A stretch of 29,073 nucleotides of DNA, taken from contig CAUZNJ010000001.1 in the NCBI GenBank assembly GCA_963580965.1, positions 1-29,073 on the forward strand, read 5' to 3'. Of this stretch, positions 29,051 to 29,073 are shown one piece after another. A program made the position numbers and the translations under genes. Numbering within the stretch: position 1 is the first letter of the stretch; each line of letters opens with the position of its first letter. The DNA comes from Alphaproteobacteria bacterium. Its GTDB lineage: Bacteria; Pseudomonadota; Alphaproteobacteria; Rhodospirillales; CAMCUA01. Below the pieces are notes generated by a model. It searched no databases. It worked only from the letters and a program-made list of their open reading frames with translations, and was not told where the DNA came from.

Positions 29051-29073
29051 CAGCGGTCTACGATCATTGCAGA
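29050..29073 (-). CDS. fabZ: Last 7 codons of a gene, probably FabZ (starts outside the window)
   Basis: SAMIVDR-stop with a TGATG overlap onto lpxA; position fits the fabZ-lpxA order. Too short to prove. Confidence 0.6.
   Translation of the reverse strand, partial: SAMIVDR

Noticed and set aside
1-29073. CRISPR arrays, IS elements, integrases, rRNA, riboswitches
   Set aside because: I saw no regularly spaced repeats, transposase/integrase motifs or recognisable structured-RNA signatures by eye; an Rfam scan was not run.

Overview
Alphaproteobacterial chromosome segment, probably Rhodospirillales-like. Evidence for this: the GAAC-N7-GAAC SOS box, lpxI in the lipid A cluster, and the gene order trpG-trpD-trpC-moaC-moeA-lexA-[comEC]-gltX-gltA. 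Two housekeeping blocks are present: tRNA-Lys/coaD/gyrA (6974-10541) and trpGDC-moaC-moeA-lexA-gltX-gltA with lpxB-lpxI-lpxA-fabZ (17826-29073). Two accessory regions flank and separate them. (1) 1-6825, just beyond the tRNA-Lys 3' end, holds a CoxL/xanthine-dehydrogenase-family molybdoenzyme large subunit that runs off the left edge and is missing from the ORF track. It is divergent from a compact six-gene operon: an enolase-superfamily enzyme with a non-canonical active site, an M24-fold hydrolase missing metal ligands, an opine dehydrogenase, an orphan homologue of the Bacillus dipicolinate synthase A subunit (SpoVFA/DpaA), a 4-oxalocrotonate tautomerase-family protein and a VOC protein. 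I recognise no described pathway with this composition, and it is the best candidate for a new system. (2) 10.6-17.8 kb holds an nhaP relic, gmhB, a decayed cueR behind an intact-looking copA that keeps a textbook CueR promoter, and a four-gene operon (two hotdog-fold proteins plus a strongly divergent SucC/SucD-like CoA ligase) with a LacI-type operator. A decayed comEC relic lies between lexA and gltX. All family calls come from reading motifs by eye; no database search was run. I saw no CRISPR array, IS element or integrase.
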